Assembly (NCBI GenBank): GCA_964016885.1
Contig: OZ024747.1
Coordinates: 31,868,001 to 31,932,000, forward strand
Direction of reading: 5' to 3'
DNA from: Eledone cirrhosa
Taxonomy: Eukaryota
Length of the DNA stretch: 64,000 nt
Below are positions 34,001 through 47,131 of this stretch, one piece after another (the first letter of the stretch is position 1; each line of letters starts with the position of its first letter). The notes under the pieces are model-generated. The model was not told the DNA's origin. It made no database searches and worked only from the letters and a program-made list of their open reading frames with translations. A program made the translations under genes and the position numbers.

Positions 34001-35786
34001 ATAGACACCAGCATTGTCCAGTGTTTGTAATCATTTTGGTATGCTTGTGAATATATAGTATATTTTCCCAGAAAAAAATAGGATGTGAAAAATCACTACC
34101 GAACACAAAGCCTCAACTCAAACCATATGGTATATTGTAAATGATAATAGTAGGGGTGTAAATGAAGTGTGTATATAATATGATTATGTGTAACAACATA
34201 CAAGAGTCTTTCTGTAGCTGATGAGAATGCCAGACACAAGTTTCTCAATTATATCCCTCATTGGTAACATTTACGATCACTCAGTACTGAGATAAGAATA
34301 GGCTTTTAGTTTATAGGCCTTGTTGTATGTAAATTGTATGTATGACTGAACTACCGATGTAACATGCATGAGTATTTACAGAATATTTGGTGGTTCTCCA
34401 GCAAAGCCTTTAGCAATTGGCTTAAGAATCTAAAGAACATTGAAGGTATGTTCCAGCTGATTCCATCAATGGAAATGTCAGATCAGGAATTTAACGTATA
34501 AGTGACTGAGCATTCTACAGACAAGTGCACCCTTAATACAGTTCTCAGGGAGATTCAGCATTACAAGACTGGCTCCTTGAATTATGGTTACAACAAATTT
34601 TTGCTAGTTGAGTAGACTGGAGTGCCCTAACTGCTACAAGGGTCAGCTGAAAAGATCCTCTCATGGAATCTCTAAATGAGGGTTATATTTCAACATAGTC
34701 CTGGGAAAGAAACAATACAAGTTGAAATTAATGCATGAAAGATTTCACAGCTCTAGCACCATTCCTTCATAGTCAGCCTATGAACTTTCCATCTGCCTCT
34801 TATATGCCACGTGCCTTCACTACAGCTGACTAACTAATTAATTAATTATCATTAATAAGAATAAATTTGAGCCTACAAACTTTAAGTAATTTCCCTGATA
34901 CCAGAGTCATATAATTCCAAATCAATCATTAAAACAAACAAGTTTATTAAAAACAGAAGAAACCGAGGTTTTCTTTTTTCTTTTTGTGTGTGTGTTTTGT
35001 TTCTTGTTAGATATAAATTAGATTTAGAGTGAGAAAATAATGGTAGAGTGGTATAGAAAATAACTGCAAAGATTTCAATGTGTCCATTGAAAGATTAAGG
35101 AAAACTGAATTATAAATAAGCAGATTTAAACAGTAAAAAAATAGTGGACATGCAATGAAATATTAATGAAGCTCAGTTGCAATGCTGAATGAGGAGAAAA
35201 ATAACAACAGAACATTGAAGTGTTTAGTGAATGAAATATGATTTAAAAATTGGAAGTAAAATAACGAAAGAAAAATATCCATAAGATTCTATTATTTTTT
35301 GAGTGATGAAAATTGTGCTGAGTTTAAGGTGGTAATACTGGTGCCACAATAAAAAGCATTCAGTCCACCTTATAAAAGAGTAGTGTAGGTGCCATGAAAA
35401 ATGCTCCTAGTGTATTCTGTAAAGTGATGTCATGAGAAAAGGCACTCAATCAACCTTGTGAAATGGTAGTGTAGATGTGATAAAATGCTCCCAGTACACA
35501 CTGTAAAGTGGTTGGCATGAGGAAGGGCAACCTACTGTAGAAATCATGCCCGAAAATGGAGCATATAAGCAAGATGTAGTCACCTGATCTACTAAGCACA
35601 GTATGTGTTAGCCCATCTAACCTATGCAAGCATGGAAAATATACATTAAATGATAAGAATGGTGATGATATATATATACCTAATACAATTCGATTAGTAT
35701 CTGCCCTATTGCAGTGACAACTTCAATTTATACCTTATATGTAGATAGCAAAGGTAAAAAATATAACTATTTGCATTCTCTTTGGT

Positions 35787-35822
<36 letters not shown>

Positions 35823-36155
35823 ACGAAGGAAATGTGGTAAGGAACCAGATGGACCATAACGCACCAAAGTACTCAATACTTAGTGTAGTAGAGTGGGTAA
35901 TATATATATATGCCAGAAACAGTTCTGTATGAGCAAGACAGGATCTGGCTTATCTCACAGCAGGACAACTCGTCCAACCCATGTTAGTGAGGAAAAATGG
36001 ACGTTAAACAGTGATGAGGATGATGTTTGTGTGTATGTGTATGTATATATATATGTACGTGTATGTATATGTGTGTGTGTGTGTATGTATATATATATAG
36101 AGAGATATATATAGAGAGAGAGAGCAACATATATATATATACACATATATATATA

Positions 36156-36617
36156 TAACATTGAAAGAGATAGAAGGTCAAACAATGTAAAATGGTGTGT
36201 AAGATGAGGAAACGAAAAGTAAAAGTAAGTTACCTGGTAATCTTTTTTTTTTTTTGTTCTTTTATCTGTTCAATATTTCGGGACATGAAAGTCCCTTCAT
36301 CAGGGTTTAATGAACTTTCAGTGGATAATGTTCCAATTTCCTTTCTTTGGGATAAAATTTTGATTATGATTTAAATTTTTTCTAAGTTGTTTAAAAAAAT
36401 TTAATCAAATTCTAAATTTTATCTGACATAGAGGAAATTGGAACATTATCCACTGAAAGTTTTTGAAACCCTGATGAAGGGACTTTCAGGTCCCGAAATA
36501 TTGGACAGTTAAAAGAACAAAAAAAAAAAAGATTACCAGGTAACTTACTTTTACTTTTCGTTTCCTCATCTTACACTCCATTTTGCATTGTTTGGCCTTC
36601 TATCTCTTTCAATGTTA
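36156..36617. mobile_element. Fold-back PLE pseudo-LTR-like element with an HHR-like core in each arm
   Basis: Arms ~36156-36359 and 36415-36617 with scattered mismatches. CTGATGA-A-GGGAC-TTTCAG-GTCCC-GAAATATT at 36471-36502, mirrored near 36271-36305. Stem I is weak. Donor-like CAG/GTAAC follows at 36538. Confidence 0.72.
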
Positions 36618-36759
36618 TATATTACATACAATGCTTCAAGCAAACTATAACATTTTATTATATATATATATACAATGGGATATTCAATTTGTTGGTAATT
36701 CAACAAATATAAATGTTTATAACTGATTCAGAGCTCTCAACAAGGTTTCTGGAGTATAA

Positions 36760-37102
36760 TATACAATGATATTAAATAAATGGAAACTATATTTATAAAA
36801 CCATATTTATTCTATTATATATATTTCAAGGGTACCAACATTTTGGTACACTATCATCAGATAAAATACAAAATGTTTTATAAATATTTGACATAACCAA
36901 GGATAATATACCTTAATATACCTTTCCAGGGATAACTTGAACCATTAAGGTATATTATCCTTGGTTATGTCAAATATTTATAAAACATTTTGTATTTTAT
37001 CTGATGATAGCGTTACCAAAATTTTGGTACTCTTGAAATATATATAATAGAATAAATATGGTTTTGTAAATATAGTTTCCATTTATTTAATATCATTGTA
37101 TA
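36760..37102. mobile_element. Fold-back PLE pseudo-LTR-like element with an HHR in each arm
   Basis: Arms 36760-36917 and 36944-37102. HHR 36993-37054: TATTTTAT-CTGATGA..TACCAAAATTTTGGTA..GAAA-T-ATAT-A-TA-ATAGAATA. Unpaired homologue at 42927-43105. Confidence 0.8.
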
Positions 37103-37515
37103 TATATATAATATATCATCATCATCATCGTTTAACGTCCATCTTCCACGCTTGCATGGGTTTGGACGGGAGTTTTCCCACTTGAGGCAAGAGTGGTTGT
37201 CTTGCTCGCATAGGACTGTCTGGCGGGTTTTCTACGGCTGGATGCCCTTCCTAACACCAACCACGTTTACAGTGTGGACTGGGAGGTTTTTACCGTGTTA
37301 CCTACACGGCCACATTACAGCGTGGACTGTGTGTTTTTTTGTCGTGACACCTACACGACCTCATTTGTTTCGGACTGGATGTTGTGGTACCAACAATACT
37401 TTACATTGAAAGGGGTGGTATGGATGGGGTGGGGGTAGTATATATATATATTAGAAAAGGGAAGTAAGGTTCTATACAAAACAGTGGATATAGAGATTAG
37501 ATATAGAGATTGGAA

Positions 37516-38406
37516 AAGGTGAGATTGGAAATAGCACGGAATATATATTTAAGGGTTTGTTTTTCTCTTTTTATCGTTTCTTTGATTCGTCAAAGTGACA
37601 TTATTGAAAAGTTGACATTATTGAAAAATGAGAGGGACAATTGTTTTTAAAAAAAAGTTTTATAAAGTATATAAAGTATATAAAGTATTACCGGTTTTGA
37701 TGTATTATTAAAATTCATCTTATCAAATGTTGAGTATTGAAATAAAAATTAAAAATAATTAATAGGAGTTAAAAATTAAAGATTTAAAATTAAAATCAAA
37801 TGTTAGACTAAGTTTTCTTCCATCTTCCTTGCTCAAAATTTTGTGGTAGTGAAGATAGCAGCAGCTGCGGTTTCTTCACAGAACAAAGTTGTTTTTTGGA
37901 AACATCCTGTAAATATGTGTGTGCATATGTGATTGTGTTAATGGATTGGTCAATAGTTCAAAAGGTGATGGGGAATTGTAAGCTAGAAGTAAGTTCTGTG
38001 ACAGCAGCAAGAGTGTAAGAGAAATTCTATTATTGGTATGTGGTTTTAGGGCGTGTGTGTGTATATATATATAGTGTGAGGGTGTTAAAATACACACATG
38101 CGTGTGTGTGTTTTTTTCTTGACCAGTCAATTAACACAATCAGATATATATAACTCCTATTAATTCTTTTTAATTTTTATTTCAATACTCAACATTTGAT
38201 AAGATGAATTTTAATAATACATCAAAGCCGGTAATACTTTATATACCTTATATACTTTATAAAACATTTTTTTAAAAAGAATTGTCCCTCGCATTATTCA
38301 ATAATTTTATCTTTTCAATAATGTCACTTTGACAAATCAAAGAAATGATAAAAAGAGAAAAACAGACCCTTAAATATATTTTCTGTGCTATTTCCAACTT
38401 CACCTT
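37516..38406. mobile_element. Older inverted-repeat element (arms 37516-37791 and 38151-38406) with a decayed HHR-like core
   Basis: Arms are recognisably reverse-complementary. TTGATAA-GATG...CATC-AAA(A/G)-CCGG-TA resembles CTGATGA..GAAA-CCGG-TA. Partial homologue at ~43243-43372. Confidence 0.65.
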
Positions 38407-38450
38407 CTCTCTTTCTCTCTCCCTTCCCCTCTCCCTCTCTCCCTCTCTCC

Positions 38451-38481
<31 letters not shown>

Positions 38482-40267
38482 CGCGCACGCACATAATATA
38501 ATGGTGCATCAACAGTTTGGAGATAGAGTAGTACACAATACATGTTTTGGTGCAAAGCAGATATAGAAATACTGTAAAATTTCTTCTCTATTTTAGAATA
38601 GGATACCTTGTGTTGATATGCTGTGATAACAATAACCCAAGAAATCCTGCTCCGAATTAGTTTCTTCAACTCTTCTTTTGATGAAGAGATATTTACCCGA
38701 AATATTAAGGACTATTGAAAAACTCCAAGTAAATATTCCGACATATTTGTTACAATTATTTTTAACAGTTAATGTCCCATTTGTCTTGTTGTAGCCTTTT
38801 GATATAACACACTAATTTTTATTTAGTTTATTATTTATTTCATATCTATATAAAATATTTCCATTATTTCTCAAACAATTTATACGAGAAACACTAGTAA
38901 TGAGAATCTGGGATTACTGTCTGGAGAAACATGTTGAGAGATTGAAAAATATTAGCAACATTTTCACAATACAAACTAAAAATGAACTTGATTTACCCAT
39001 GTAATAGCAAACCATCTGAAACTAAGCCTGATTTTATGGTACAAAGTTACTTAATTTAAAGTCTTATCTCAAAATATCTCTAAATTATCTCTAAATATTT
39101 ATGTCAAAATCTTTCATAATGGTTTCTAGTTTAGATACAAGGCCAGCAATTTAAAGGGAAGGGAAAAAAGTCAAGTAAATGGACCCCAGTGCCTTACTGG
39201 TACTTTAGTTTATCAACCCCGTAATGTGAAACTAGAGAATAATTTTGATAGATTGGAAAGTATTATTACAAGCTAAAAAATGAGCTTGACGACCATTTTG
39301 ATATATGACTTATGAAGTTATGTTTCAAACATTAACTTAATAATTGTTTCTACTTTAGGCACAAGGCCAGCAATTACCCAGTGCATTACTGGTACTTTAT
39401 TTTATCGACCCCGTCTTAATAACGATTCGATTTCTTGATTATTTTCAAAATGATTTTAAAATACTATGTTACGTTTTCTATTAAGAATAAGGAAATGAAA
39501 GGGTTAAAGTAATTAAATGATGACCTGACCAGACCTAGGTCTGGTGGTGGAGCCAGTTTAGTATTCGACCACTTGATCATAACAAAGGTTGTACAGGGTT
39601 ACAGAGTACTAGTAGCAGGCAGAACCCTGAACTAACAAATAACATTGATCAAACAACTGGAATAATCATAGTTGAAACTGACAAGTCCATTCCATTCCAA
39701 TCTATTTTCCAACTGAAAACTTGCAAGTGATTTAAGGTTTTATAGAAAATTGGAACCTGGAAAGAAATATTGCATGGAAGCATACCAAAATAGATATATA
39801 ACTGTGAGATAACACATATTCTTGTACTACAGTCATCTATAATATTCATGTTTCAGGACTGATTATTTATAGTAAGGAAAATAACTTCAAGACAAATGGA
39901 TTGTGTATCAAATTTACAGCATAATATCCAAAAATACACAAACACACAGAAATAAATAAATAAATTCATATAAATGTGTATATATACATTTGTATGTATG
40001 TGTGCATTTCTTTCTATATGTATTTACATATGTATGGCCGATAGTCACACCTAGCAGGGAAAGCAGATGTTAAAATGATGACGATATATATACATACACA
40101 AACACGAACACATTCATATATATATATATAAATATATATAACTTTTTCACCTACACCTTTCCAGTTTTTATATTTGAAAACAAATTTCTTTACAGACACA
40201 CATATATATATATATATGTAAAAGAGAGAAAGAGATGGTGAGAGAGAGATGTGTGTGTATATATATA

Positions 40268-40670
40268 GGCACATGGCTTAGTGGTTAGAACATTGGGCTT
40301 GCAATCAAAAGGTTGTGAGTTCAATTCTCAGACCGGGTGATGTGTTGTTTCCTTGAGCCAGACACTTTATTTCACATTGCTCCAGTTTACTCAGCTGTAG
40401 AAATGTGATGATAGGGACTGGGGTCCCTATCATTCCACTGTAAAGTGGTCGTGGAGGTGCCACGGAAAAAAAGCACCCAGCACTCACTGTAAATGAGATT
40501 GGTGTTAGGAAGGGCATCCAGCTGTAGAAATCAAGCCAGAATCAGTTCCCGTATGAGCAAGGCATGGTCAGCCGACCGGACACTGCCCACAACAGGACAA
40601 CCTGTCTAACCCATGCTAGTGTGTGCTAGTGTGGAAGAACAGACGTAAAACGGTGATGATGATGATGATG
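40268..40670 (+). mobile_element. tRNA-derived SINE, same family as 25213, with a variant tail
   Basis: Same head and centre; tail GACGTAAAACGGTGATGATG. Confidence 0.88.
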
Positions 40671-40692
40671 AGATATATAGAGAGTCAGAGAA

Positions 40693-40772
<80 letters not shown>

Positions 40773-42766
40773 GTTGAGGATACATGAGAATCGACTCGGA
40801 ATGTAAGCAGGGGTTGAAAAGTTTAGGGTGTGAAGCTTACTAACATATCTATAGAAGGGAACCAAACCTTAAGAGGAATAGAGTTGTGAGGAGGTTGTGT
40901 AAGAAGTGGGGGAAAGAATCAAGGAAACAGAGAAACATAGAATATACAATATGTACTTGAATATAAGTCCATCTCAATATAAGCCAATCCCTATCTTATA
41001 TCTGAGAAATAGGCAAAAATCCAAACTCCATGTATATGACAAGACAGTTAATCAACACATTATATTTAGATGGTGCGGTTTTGATATTTTCATGAATGGA
41101 GAATATATTTATGCAGTTTTAATATTTTGATAATTAAAATGTTTTAAGTGTCGTTTAGCATATAGTTTTTGTTTCACAACACCATTTTGTAATGATCTTT
41201 TATCATTTCATCAGTTTTATAAAGTTTCAATGAGTTTCTTGATATTTTGTTTGCATCTGGCCACATACTAGTGCCGTCTCCTGTATAAACAGATTTTTAT
41301 TTGATATACACATCAAATTTGGGCCTTAAATAACTTGAAAACAATATATTATCATATAAGTATTAAAGCTTTAGGTAGATTTTAAAATTTAAATATCAAA
41401 TAATTTCTGAAAGTTTTGAAGTTTTAATTCAAACCACATCAAAAACAATAGGAAATATTTTTTACCTCCATAGAGACAACTGATGTAATATTCACCTCTA
41501 AATTTGAGAACTCTGTGGATTACCCAAACCCCACTGATTACTTAAAATAATAATAATTTTCAACGGTTTTGAAAGCTAGATTCATTCAAAATATGAGAAA
41601 TGTCATATGAAAAACACAAATTTTAGCATCAATGCGAGAGATGCAATTGTAAAACATTTATCAAGCTTGATATAGTAGCACCTTATTTATTTAGAATTTG
41701 AAGTTGGGGAAAATCAGCAAAATATTGACCCTGAATATTAGCTAACTCCATTTTACCATTGATTTTTTTTGGCCACATATTTCTCAGCTTATATAAAAAT
41801 ATATATGGTAATTGAAATAAAAGGAGCAGGTGAGGAGTATTGATTAAAGTACTAAATTTAGAATATCCTATATATATGTGCACATACACGCACAAATAAA
41901 TACACATGTATTTATATGTAGAGTCTGAGCTGAAGATACACATAAGGTGAAACATTTGTTCTCGGTATGGTGAACTAACTGTCGTGTTACTACTTCTATA
42001 TATATATACATATATATATATATGGTTAGTCATCAGGGCTGTTATATTTATGGATATATATCTTCCCTCTGTTTTCACAGCTACATCACTTTCCTCTCGT
42101 GTGCTTGCGTGTGGGTGCATATATTTGTGTATGTGTGTGTGAGTATACCTACAGTGTATGTACATATGTAACAGCCAAACATATAAAAGGATGTGTATGC
42201 CTACATATATATATTGATTTATGTGTTAGAATACATATGTATCCCCTGCCCCCACATACAATAATGTGTATATGTAAATATATACATTGATATGTGTGAG
42301 AATATATATGAATATACGTAGAGTGTATATACATATATATCCCTTGCCTACATCCAATAATGTGTATGCATACCTATATACATTGATAAGTATGTGTGTG
42401 CATATGTTTATCCATCTGTGTATGCTTAGGCTTGTGGATGTGTTGGTGTATGTGCATGTGTGTATTTGCGCATGTTGCACATTCCCTGACATCTGAAAGT
42501 CAGACCAGAGGGAAATCGAACATAATTAAGTAGCATACTTATATGTGCCTTTTAAAAGATCAATATTTCTGAATCAAGTCATTGGGAAAATGAAAGCAAA
42601 AGAAAACACATCTGAATGTGGGTCATTTAGATACATGCACTAGCATTGATCAATGGTGTGTATATATGTAAATGTGTATTACATATATATACATATATAC
42701 ATGCATATATATATACATACATATATATATATGCTAGCGTGGAAGATAGATGTTAAACGATGATGA

Positions 42767-42805
<39 letters not shown>

Positions 42806-42926
42806 CATTTAATGTCCATCTTCCACACTAGCATGGGTTAGACATATGTATATATATATATACAAACACACATATATATATATACATATATACAAACACA
42901 CATATATATATACATATATATAGATA

Positions 42927-43100
42927 CTATCCAAGGAAAACTTGAACCGTTAAGGTATCTTTTCTTGGTTATGTCAAAATTTATAAAACAAACTTTGTAT
43001 TTTATTTGATGAGTGCGTACCAAAGTTTTGGTACCCTTGAAATATATATAATAGAATAAATATGGTTTTATAAATATAGTTTCCATTTATTTAATATCAT

Positions 43101-43105
<5 letters not shown>
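42927..43105 (+). mobile_element. Single, non-folded copy of the 36944-37102 HHR family, inserted in (TA)n
   Basis: AACTTGAACC.TTAAGGTAT...TTGATGA-GTGCGTACCAAAGTTTTGGTAC..GAAATATATATAATAGAATA...ATATCATTGTA. Confidence 0.8.
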
Positions 43106-43171
<66 letters not shown>

Positions 43172-43173
43172 GG

Positions 43174-43245
<72 letters not shown>

Positions 43246-43843
43246 AAGTTGGAAATAGCACGGAAAATATATTTTAGGGTCTGTTTTTCTTGTGATATTA
43301 TTGGAAAGATGACATTATTGAAAAAACAAGAGGGACAATTCTTTCAAAAAAGAGTTTTAGAATGTATATAAAGCAGGGAAAAGCAGAACTAAAATGATGA
43401 TGATATTGTTATACTTGGGAAGGGTCATAATGTTATAATATTGCCAGAAATAATAACAGAACACACTCACTGTTTGGTTGGTTTTCGCTTCTGTATCTTT
43501 TATATCTCCATAGTTAATTTATTTGGCAATCAATGTTTATCATTGATTGACCAACGGTTAAAAATACAGATATAAATATATATATATAGTCTATCAAAGT
43601 TCTTTCATCACACATCTGCTACAACATTAGTGGTACTATTCTTGCTATAATACTCTTGTTATAATTTTTTGCTATAATTAATAATCGTTATATATAACAT
43701 ATACTCCAATTATTTATATTATAGCTTTAGTACAATTTTTCATTATAATCTTTCATTACAATTTTTCTATCTGTTCAATTTTTTATGATCTTGCTCTATA
43801 ATATATTGATGTTAACACTTATACTTAGTCCTCTAACCTATAA

Positions 43844-43980
43844 TTGTTTCTACATTTGGCACAAGGCCAGCAATTACCCAGTGCATCACTGGTACTTTAT
43901 TTTATCGACCCCGTAAGGATGAAAGGCAAAGTTAACCTCGGCGGGATTTGAACTCAGAATGGCAACGGCCGTAACTCTAT
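43844..43980 (-). mobile_element. SINE with a Meta-domain-like core
   Basis: Close match to 29886-30000. Confidence 0.72.
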
Positions 43981-44018
43981 ACGTCGTTCAAGTGATTAGG
44001 AATATATTTTTTTTAACC

Positions 44019-44077
44019 TTTGTATGCTCCGATGAATCCAGACTTATATCTGGATGAAACGATCGTAGGCTATCAAA
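44019..44077 (+). ncRNA. Type I hammerhead with a U4C core variant
   Basis: ATGCT-CCGATGA-ATCCAGA-CTTATA-TCTGGAT-GAAA-CGATCG-TA-GGCTA. Perfect 7-bp stem II, palindromic stem III, GUA site. Confidence 0.72.
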
Positions 44078-44261
44078 TGTTTTAAACACCATTTAATTGT
44101 TATTTATGTTTTATATACATTTTTTTTTTCAATGTTCAATTATGCTAAGCAGACAAAAAGGAAATTCTTTAAGTGGCTGTGTTAACATGCTGTGTACACA
44201 GAATGGTCAGGTCTTTATAATCACATACAGACACAGGCACACACCCACACACGTATATGTA

Positions 44262-44622
44262 GGCACATGGCTTAGTGGTTAGAGCATTGGGCTTGTTATC
44301 GAAAGGTTGTGAGTTCAATTCTCAGACCGGGTGATGTGTTGTTTCCTTGAGCAAGACACTTTATTTCACATTGCTCCAGTTTACTCAGCTGTAGAAATGA
44401 GATGATAGGGACTGAGGTCCATATCATTCCACTGCAAAGTGGTCGTGGTGGTGCCACGGCAAAAAAGCACCCAGCCCACATTGTAAAGTGGCCGTGTAGG
44501 CACCACGGAAAAAAAGCACCCAGCACTCACTGTAAATGAGGTTGGTGTTAGGAGGGGCATCCAGCCAGAATCAGTTCCCATCCTACCCATGCAAGCAGGG
44601 AAAAGCAGACGTAAAATCATGA
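44262..44622 (+). mobile_element. tRNA-derived SINE, same family, with an internal duplicated segment
   Basis: Same head, centre and tail; CCACGG..AAAAAAGCACCCAGC..CAC..TGTAAA occurs twice. Confidence 0.88.
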
Positions 44623-44634
44623 TTTTAAAAAATG

Positions 44635-44670
<36 letters not shown>

Positions 44671-44675
<5 letters not shown>

Positions 44676-45170
44676 TAAATCCACCAATTAATGGTAGGTT
44701 CTAAACCGTATGAAGAACTTGATGTAATCCGTATGTAGATGTCGTGAAGCAAAGTTTGAAATACAAAATTTTCAACGATACAGAGTAAAAAATACAAATA
44801 GTAAAACAATGAAATTAAACAAAAAGCGGTTAATTTATAGTAAAACTCATTATTTTACGATCGTTTCTGGGGGGTAGTTCCCTGTATGTCCATTCTATTA
44901 TTGATCTATGTAAAATATATTACAAAATATCATAGTAATAAAATATACATACGTCTTCACTACCCGCCGTCTTCAGAAATTATTTCTGAAGACGGCGGGT
45001 AGTGAAGACGTATGTATATTTTATTACTATGATATTTTGTAATATATTTTACATAGATCAATAATAGAATGGACATACAGGGAACTACCCCCCAGAAACG
45101 ATCGTAAAATAATGAGTTTTACTATAAATTAACCGTTTTTTGTTCAATTTCATTGTTTTACTATTTGTAT
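44671..45170. mobile_element. Family A pseudo-LTR fold-back (arms 44792-44980 and 44982-45170, 1-nt loop) with an HHR on both strands
   Basis: Centre CTTCAGAAAT-T-ATTTCTGAAG; two mismatches seen between arms. Plus-strand HHR: ATTATTT-CTGAAGA(44986)..GGGTAGT...ACTACCC..GAAA(45095)-CGATCG-TA-AAATAAT. The longer left arm ends in the same terminus as 7674-7730. Confidence 0.88.
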
Positions 45171-45253
45171 ATATATATATATATATATATACATATACAT
45201 TACATACATACATATACACATACACACATATATACATATGCACACATATATAC

Positions 45254-45288
<35 letters not shown>

Positions 45289-45429
45289 CACACACACACA
45301 TATGCATCATTATATATAAACATACATATATATACATACAAATATATATACAAATACACTTTTATATATATATACATTCATATACCCAAACATATACATC
45401 CCCCCCTCACACACATATTTATATATATA

Positions 45430-46420
45430 CTAGCATTAAAGCCCGGCGTTGCTCGGGGGTCATTAAGTTACTAAAATTAGGTTGCACCACCCATTTTATG
45501 GCAGCACTTTTTTGTCTGCCAGGCACTGGGTGAATGAATTGCAGACCTGGAAGCATGAGCTGCGCCAGCAGTGACAATTGTAGTTTCGCCTATGGATATT
45601 ATCTCTGTGCAAAAAAGTGTTGAAATTTATTGTTTCACAGTACTTGCGCAACACGCACGTAGACGATGCCAGCCGAACAACAGAGCTGCGATGGAGTTGT
45701 TCTGCATGGTTGTCTGTGTGTTTTTCTAAATTTAAGACAGTAGGGAGCGTTGTGATATGAGGGAGAGTTAGCTGTTGTTTCTAGCAGGTTTAGTGACCTC
45801 ATAGAGGATATGTGTTTTCTAAATTTAAGACAGTAGGGAGTGGTGTGATATGGGGGAGATGTTAACTGCTGTTTCTATCAGGTTTAGTGACCCCATAGAA
45901 GATATGTTTTCTAAATTTAAGACAGTAGGGAGTGGTGTGATATGGGGGAGAGTTAACTGCTGTTTCTAGCAGGTTTAGTGACCTCATAGAAGATATGTTT
46001 TCTAAATTTAAGACAGTAGGGAGGGGTGTGGTATGGGGGAGAGTTAGCTGCTGTTTCTAGCAGGTTTAGTAACCTCATAGAGGATATGTGTTTTCTAAAT
46101 TTAAGACAGTAGGGAGTGGTGTGAACGGACAGTATCACCATCAAGCTTGGAAAGAGAAAGTAGCAACAAGTATGAAGTTGTATAGATTTTGAATGGTAGT
46201 GGAAAGAGTTCAGCAGTTTAAATGAGAGAGAAAAATCGTAAAATATTGAGTTTTATCTATTTTTTGCGTAATTGTGGGTGAAATTGAAAAAATTATCTGC
46301 GTCAAGACACAATCGAAGCTATTTCGAATACTGAATTGTAAATTTCAATTGAAGAAATTCTATATCGTAGATTTCTATAACGAAGGAGCATGACCACACA
46401 CTGAGCTTTATAGATTATGA
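45430..46420 (-). mobile_element. Non-autonomous Helitron
   Basis: Minus strand A|TCATAATCTATAAAG ... CCCGAGCAACGCCGGG-CTTTAATG-CTAG|T: 5' TC, subterminal hairpin, 3' CTAG and A/T insertion site within (TA)n. Confidence 0.82.
45718..46124. repeat. ~92-bp minisatellite, about 4.4 copies, inside the Helitron
   Basis: CTAAATTTAAGACAGTAGGGAG starts at 45726, 45819, 45911, 46002 and 46095. Confidence 0.93.
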
Positions 46421-46437
46421 TATATATATATATATAC

Positions 46438-46770
46438 GATGGCTGCCCCCTCGTTATTGAGTATGGCCATTGCACAATATAACATAATTAATAATTATTA
46501 ATTAATTCTATCGTGCAATGCCTGTGCTTTAAGATATATTTTAAAGTGAGGAAAGACTGTGCACTAAACCAATCCCACTCTCTGAGCGACAGTAGCTGTA
46601 ATCCGAAAAGAAGAAAAGATCAACATCATCGGTAACTACTGAGCTGAAGTCATCGGAGTTTCCTCACTTGCCTTTTCCTAGAAGAATGCCCTGACGAAGT
46701 CTAGGGGTCCTTCCCTCCCAGTGGTTTAACCGCGCCATCAGGTATCCAGCCAAATTATTTCTATGTCCCC
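46438..46770 (-). mobile_element. Short non-coding element, probably RTE-derived (bipartite 5'/3' UTR type)
   Basis: Minus-strand end TGGCCATACTCAATAACGAGGGGGCAGCCA matches 19339-19370 (TGGCCGTACTCGAAAACGAGTTGGCAGCCA) and resembles RTE 3' stem-loops from memory. Family assignment is inference. Confidence 0.5.
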
Positions 46771-47074
46771 GTGCATATACAAACACATGTATAGATGTAT
46801 ATACATACACATATATATATATACATGTATATACACACATATATATACTTAAAAACACACATAATCATGTTTGTTATGTTTATGTCTCATATTTGATGCT
46901 CAAATCAATCGGATGGGTTTTCTCCAACTCAATATCTGACCATTTGTTAGCTTTTGTCATATACTTCATTGCATTCAGTCTCTTGAGATTAGCTTTCACC
47001 AATTCTTCCCCCTCTTCTTTGTTTCTTATGCATGATCCCTTCACTTGGTCACTATATTTCTATCTGTATGTATG

Positions 47075-47127
<53 letters not shown>

Positions 47128-47131
<4 letters not shown>

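Noticed and set aside
28100-35700. Host gene exons in the least repetitive stretch
   Set aside because: Only short ORFs with no recognisable domains. Small exons cannot be excluded without RNA-seq.
45718-46124. CRISPR-like regular repeat
   Set aside because: Whole units repeat with no unique spacers; eukaryotic context with no cas genes.
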